Source: Dehalococcoidia bacterium
Lineage (GTDB): Bacteria; Chloroflexota; Dehalococcoidia; Lucifugimonadales; UBA2985
Direction of reading: 5' to 3'
NCBI GenBank assembly: GCA_965247535.1
Contig: OZ252018.1
Coordinates: 885,046-949,045 of the forward strand
Length of the DNA: 64,000 bases
This document shows, one piece after another, positions 62,841 to 64,000 of this stretch (the first letter of the stretch is position 1; every line of letters starts with the position of its first letter). The position numbers were made by a program, and so were the translations under genes. The notes beneath the pieces are model-generated. The model was not told where the DNA came from. It searched no databases and saw nothing but the letters and a program-made list of their open reading frames with translations.

Positions 62841-64000
62841 CTAGGGGCTGGCTTCGGAGTCCGGCAGTACTCTGCCGTAGCCCTCCAGGTAGCGGAACAG
62901 GTCGCTGTCTGCGGAGAGCACCAACGTGGTCTGTTCATTCAGGAAGTTGGCGTAGGCTTCCAGGCTGCGCCGGAATGCGAAGAACTCCAGCGCCTCTGCC
63001 AGCGCTTCGATGTCCAGGGGCTCGAGTGCGCCTTCACCTGCGGCTCTCAGGCCGCGCAGCGCATCGGCACGCTCGAAGCCAAGTGCCTCCTCGAGCGTTG
63101 AGAAGTCCGCGTCGGACATGTTCTGCATGGCTTCAATGACTTCCGGGAGCGCGCCGGCTCCGAGGATGTTTCCGGCCCTCAGCTGCGCCTCAGTGCTGCC
63201 GGACAGGAGGTCGTCGTTGAGTTCGTTGAGCTGGTCAAGCACGGACGGCTCCAGCGACTCCAGCGCGCCCAGCGCGTCTAGCGCGGCGGGCGAGAGGGCG
63301 GAAGTGCCCAGCACTCTGGAGAAGATCTGGACGGCCTGAGCTTCACCTTCGCCGGAGAGGATATTGGCATCCCGTTCGGCTTCAACCCGGATGACGCGCA
63401 CCCTGCGGTTGACGTCGGCGGTGATGGTTAGGTACTGCTCTTCACCCTCGGCCCGGAGGCGCTGCGCCTGAACGGACCGCTCGGAGCGCATCCTGTCATA
63501 CACGCTGGCCTCCGCCGCGGCGGGGAAGTCGGCGCGCTTGATACGAATGTCCACGACCTCGACACCCCACTGCTGTCCCTGGGTGTCCTCCTTTACGCTG
63601 TTCAGCGCAAGCTGCATCATGGCTTCGCGGCTGGGGACGCCGGCGTCGGTCTGCCTGGGCCTTACGAGGATTGTGCCGTCGTCCTGGGTGATGGGGTCTC
63701 CGCCTATGATGTCACGCCGATCGCGTACGCCGACCTCGTCTCGTATGGCGGAGACGGCCAGGTCGCCTATGCGTCGGTTGGCGTTGGTCTCATCTCTCAG
63801 GCTCTCGAGGAACAGTCTGGGGTCTGTGATCTTGTATCGAACGTAGGCGTCGATGTCAAGGAACTGGCTGTCCCTGTCGGGCATGGATGCCACGGGTACG
63901 TCGATGCGGAGCAGCCTCCTGTCGAATCGCACCACCGTCTCAATCGGTGACTTGAACTTCAGACCTGGGTTGAGGACCGCTTGCTGTACCTGTCCGAAGC
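62841..64000 (-). CDS. hflC: SPFH/band-7 protein, HflC-like (5' end beyond the window)
   Basis: 'NPGLKFKSPIETVVRFDRRL', 'GVEVVDIRIKRADFP' and 'FFAFRRSLEAY...LVLSADSDLFRYL' are present. The reading frame is open to the window edge. Confidence 0.8.
   Translation of the reverse strand, partial: FGQVQQAVLNPGLKFKSPIETVVRFDRRLLRIDVPVASMPDRDSQFLDIDAYVRYKITDPRLFLESLRDETNANRRIGDLAVSAIRDEVGVRDRRDIIGGDPITQDDGTILVRPRQTDAGVPSREAMMQLALNSVKEDTQGQQWGVEVVDIRIKRADFPAAAEASVYDRMRSERSVQAQRLRAEGEEQYLTITADVNRRVRVIRVEAERDANILSGEGEAQAVQIFSRVLGTSALSPAALDALGALESLEPSVLDQLNELNDDLLSGSTEAQLRAGNILGAGALPEVIEAMQNMSDADFSTLEEALGFERADALRGLRAAGEGALEPLDIEALAEALEFFAFRRSLEAYANFLNEQTTLVLSADSDLFRYLEGYGRVLPDSEASP

Overview
This is a 64-kb, gene-dense, high-GC (judged by eye) bacterial chromosomal window with no rRNA, tRNA or CRISPR array. 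Gene content includes NiSOD with its SodX protease, UPF0182, PAC2, KorAB, a Pro/Thr-rich NHL surface protein, and many GTG/TTG starts with overlapping stop/start codons. That suggests Chloroflexota or Actinomycetota, but I cannot settle the lineage without a database search.

Most of the window is housekeeping:
- gltA and midA, then korAB.
- An ECF sigma/anti-sigma pair, ccmE and fhs.
- A long minus-strand arginine operon (argJ-argB-UPF0182-argD-argG-argH-orf-rpe).
- pncB, sbcC, and purine salvage genes (hpt, ade).
- A methionine-salvage/SAM-cycle cluster (mtnA, mtnP, rhodanese, adenosine kinase, ahcY, metK).
- A GDP-mannose branch (manC-like, PMM/PGM, PGI/PMI), then ffh and mutM.
- PAC2, sodN-SIMPL-sodX-DCC-DPM synthase, amt-glnK, a cytochrome c lipoprotein, larB, Mut7-C/HDAC, and a partial hflC.

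Five accessory or decayed patches stand out:
1. 2.9-5.0 kb: an AT-richer islet. A HicB-like antitoxin gene is translationally coupled to an unclassifiable 342-aa protein, next to a decayed higBA pair.
2. 11.4-13.1 kb: a truncated DDE transposase abuts a broken, inverted second copy of midA.
3. 16.1-17.3 kb: a ~0.96-kb insert carries a toxin/antitoxin-like pair. It is bracketed by a 96-bp duplication of the rpe 3' end with a 40-bp perfect core.
4. 35.8-36.4 kb: an AT-richer stand-alone GIY-YIG gene.
5. 55.8-59.5 kb: a 1230-aa NHL-propeller surface protein.

The best candidate for something undescribed is the HicB-like/342-aa pair. All functional calls rest on motif recognition by eye, and no searches or structure predictions were run.
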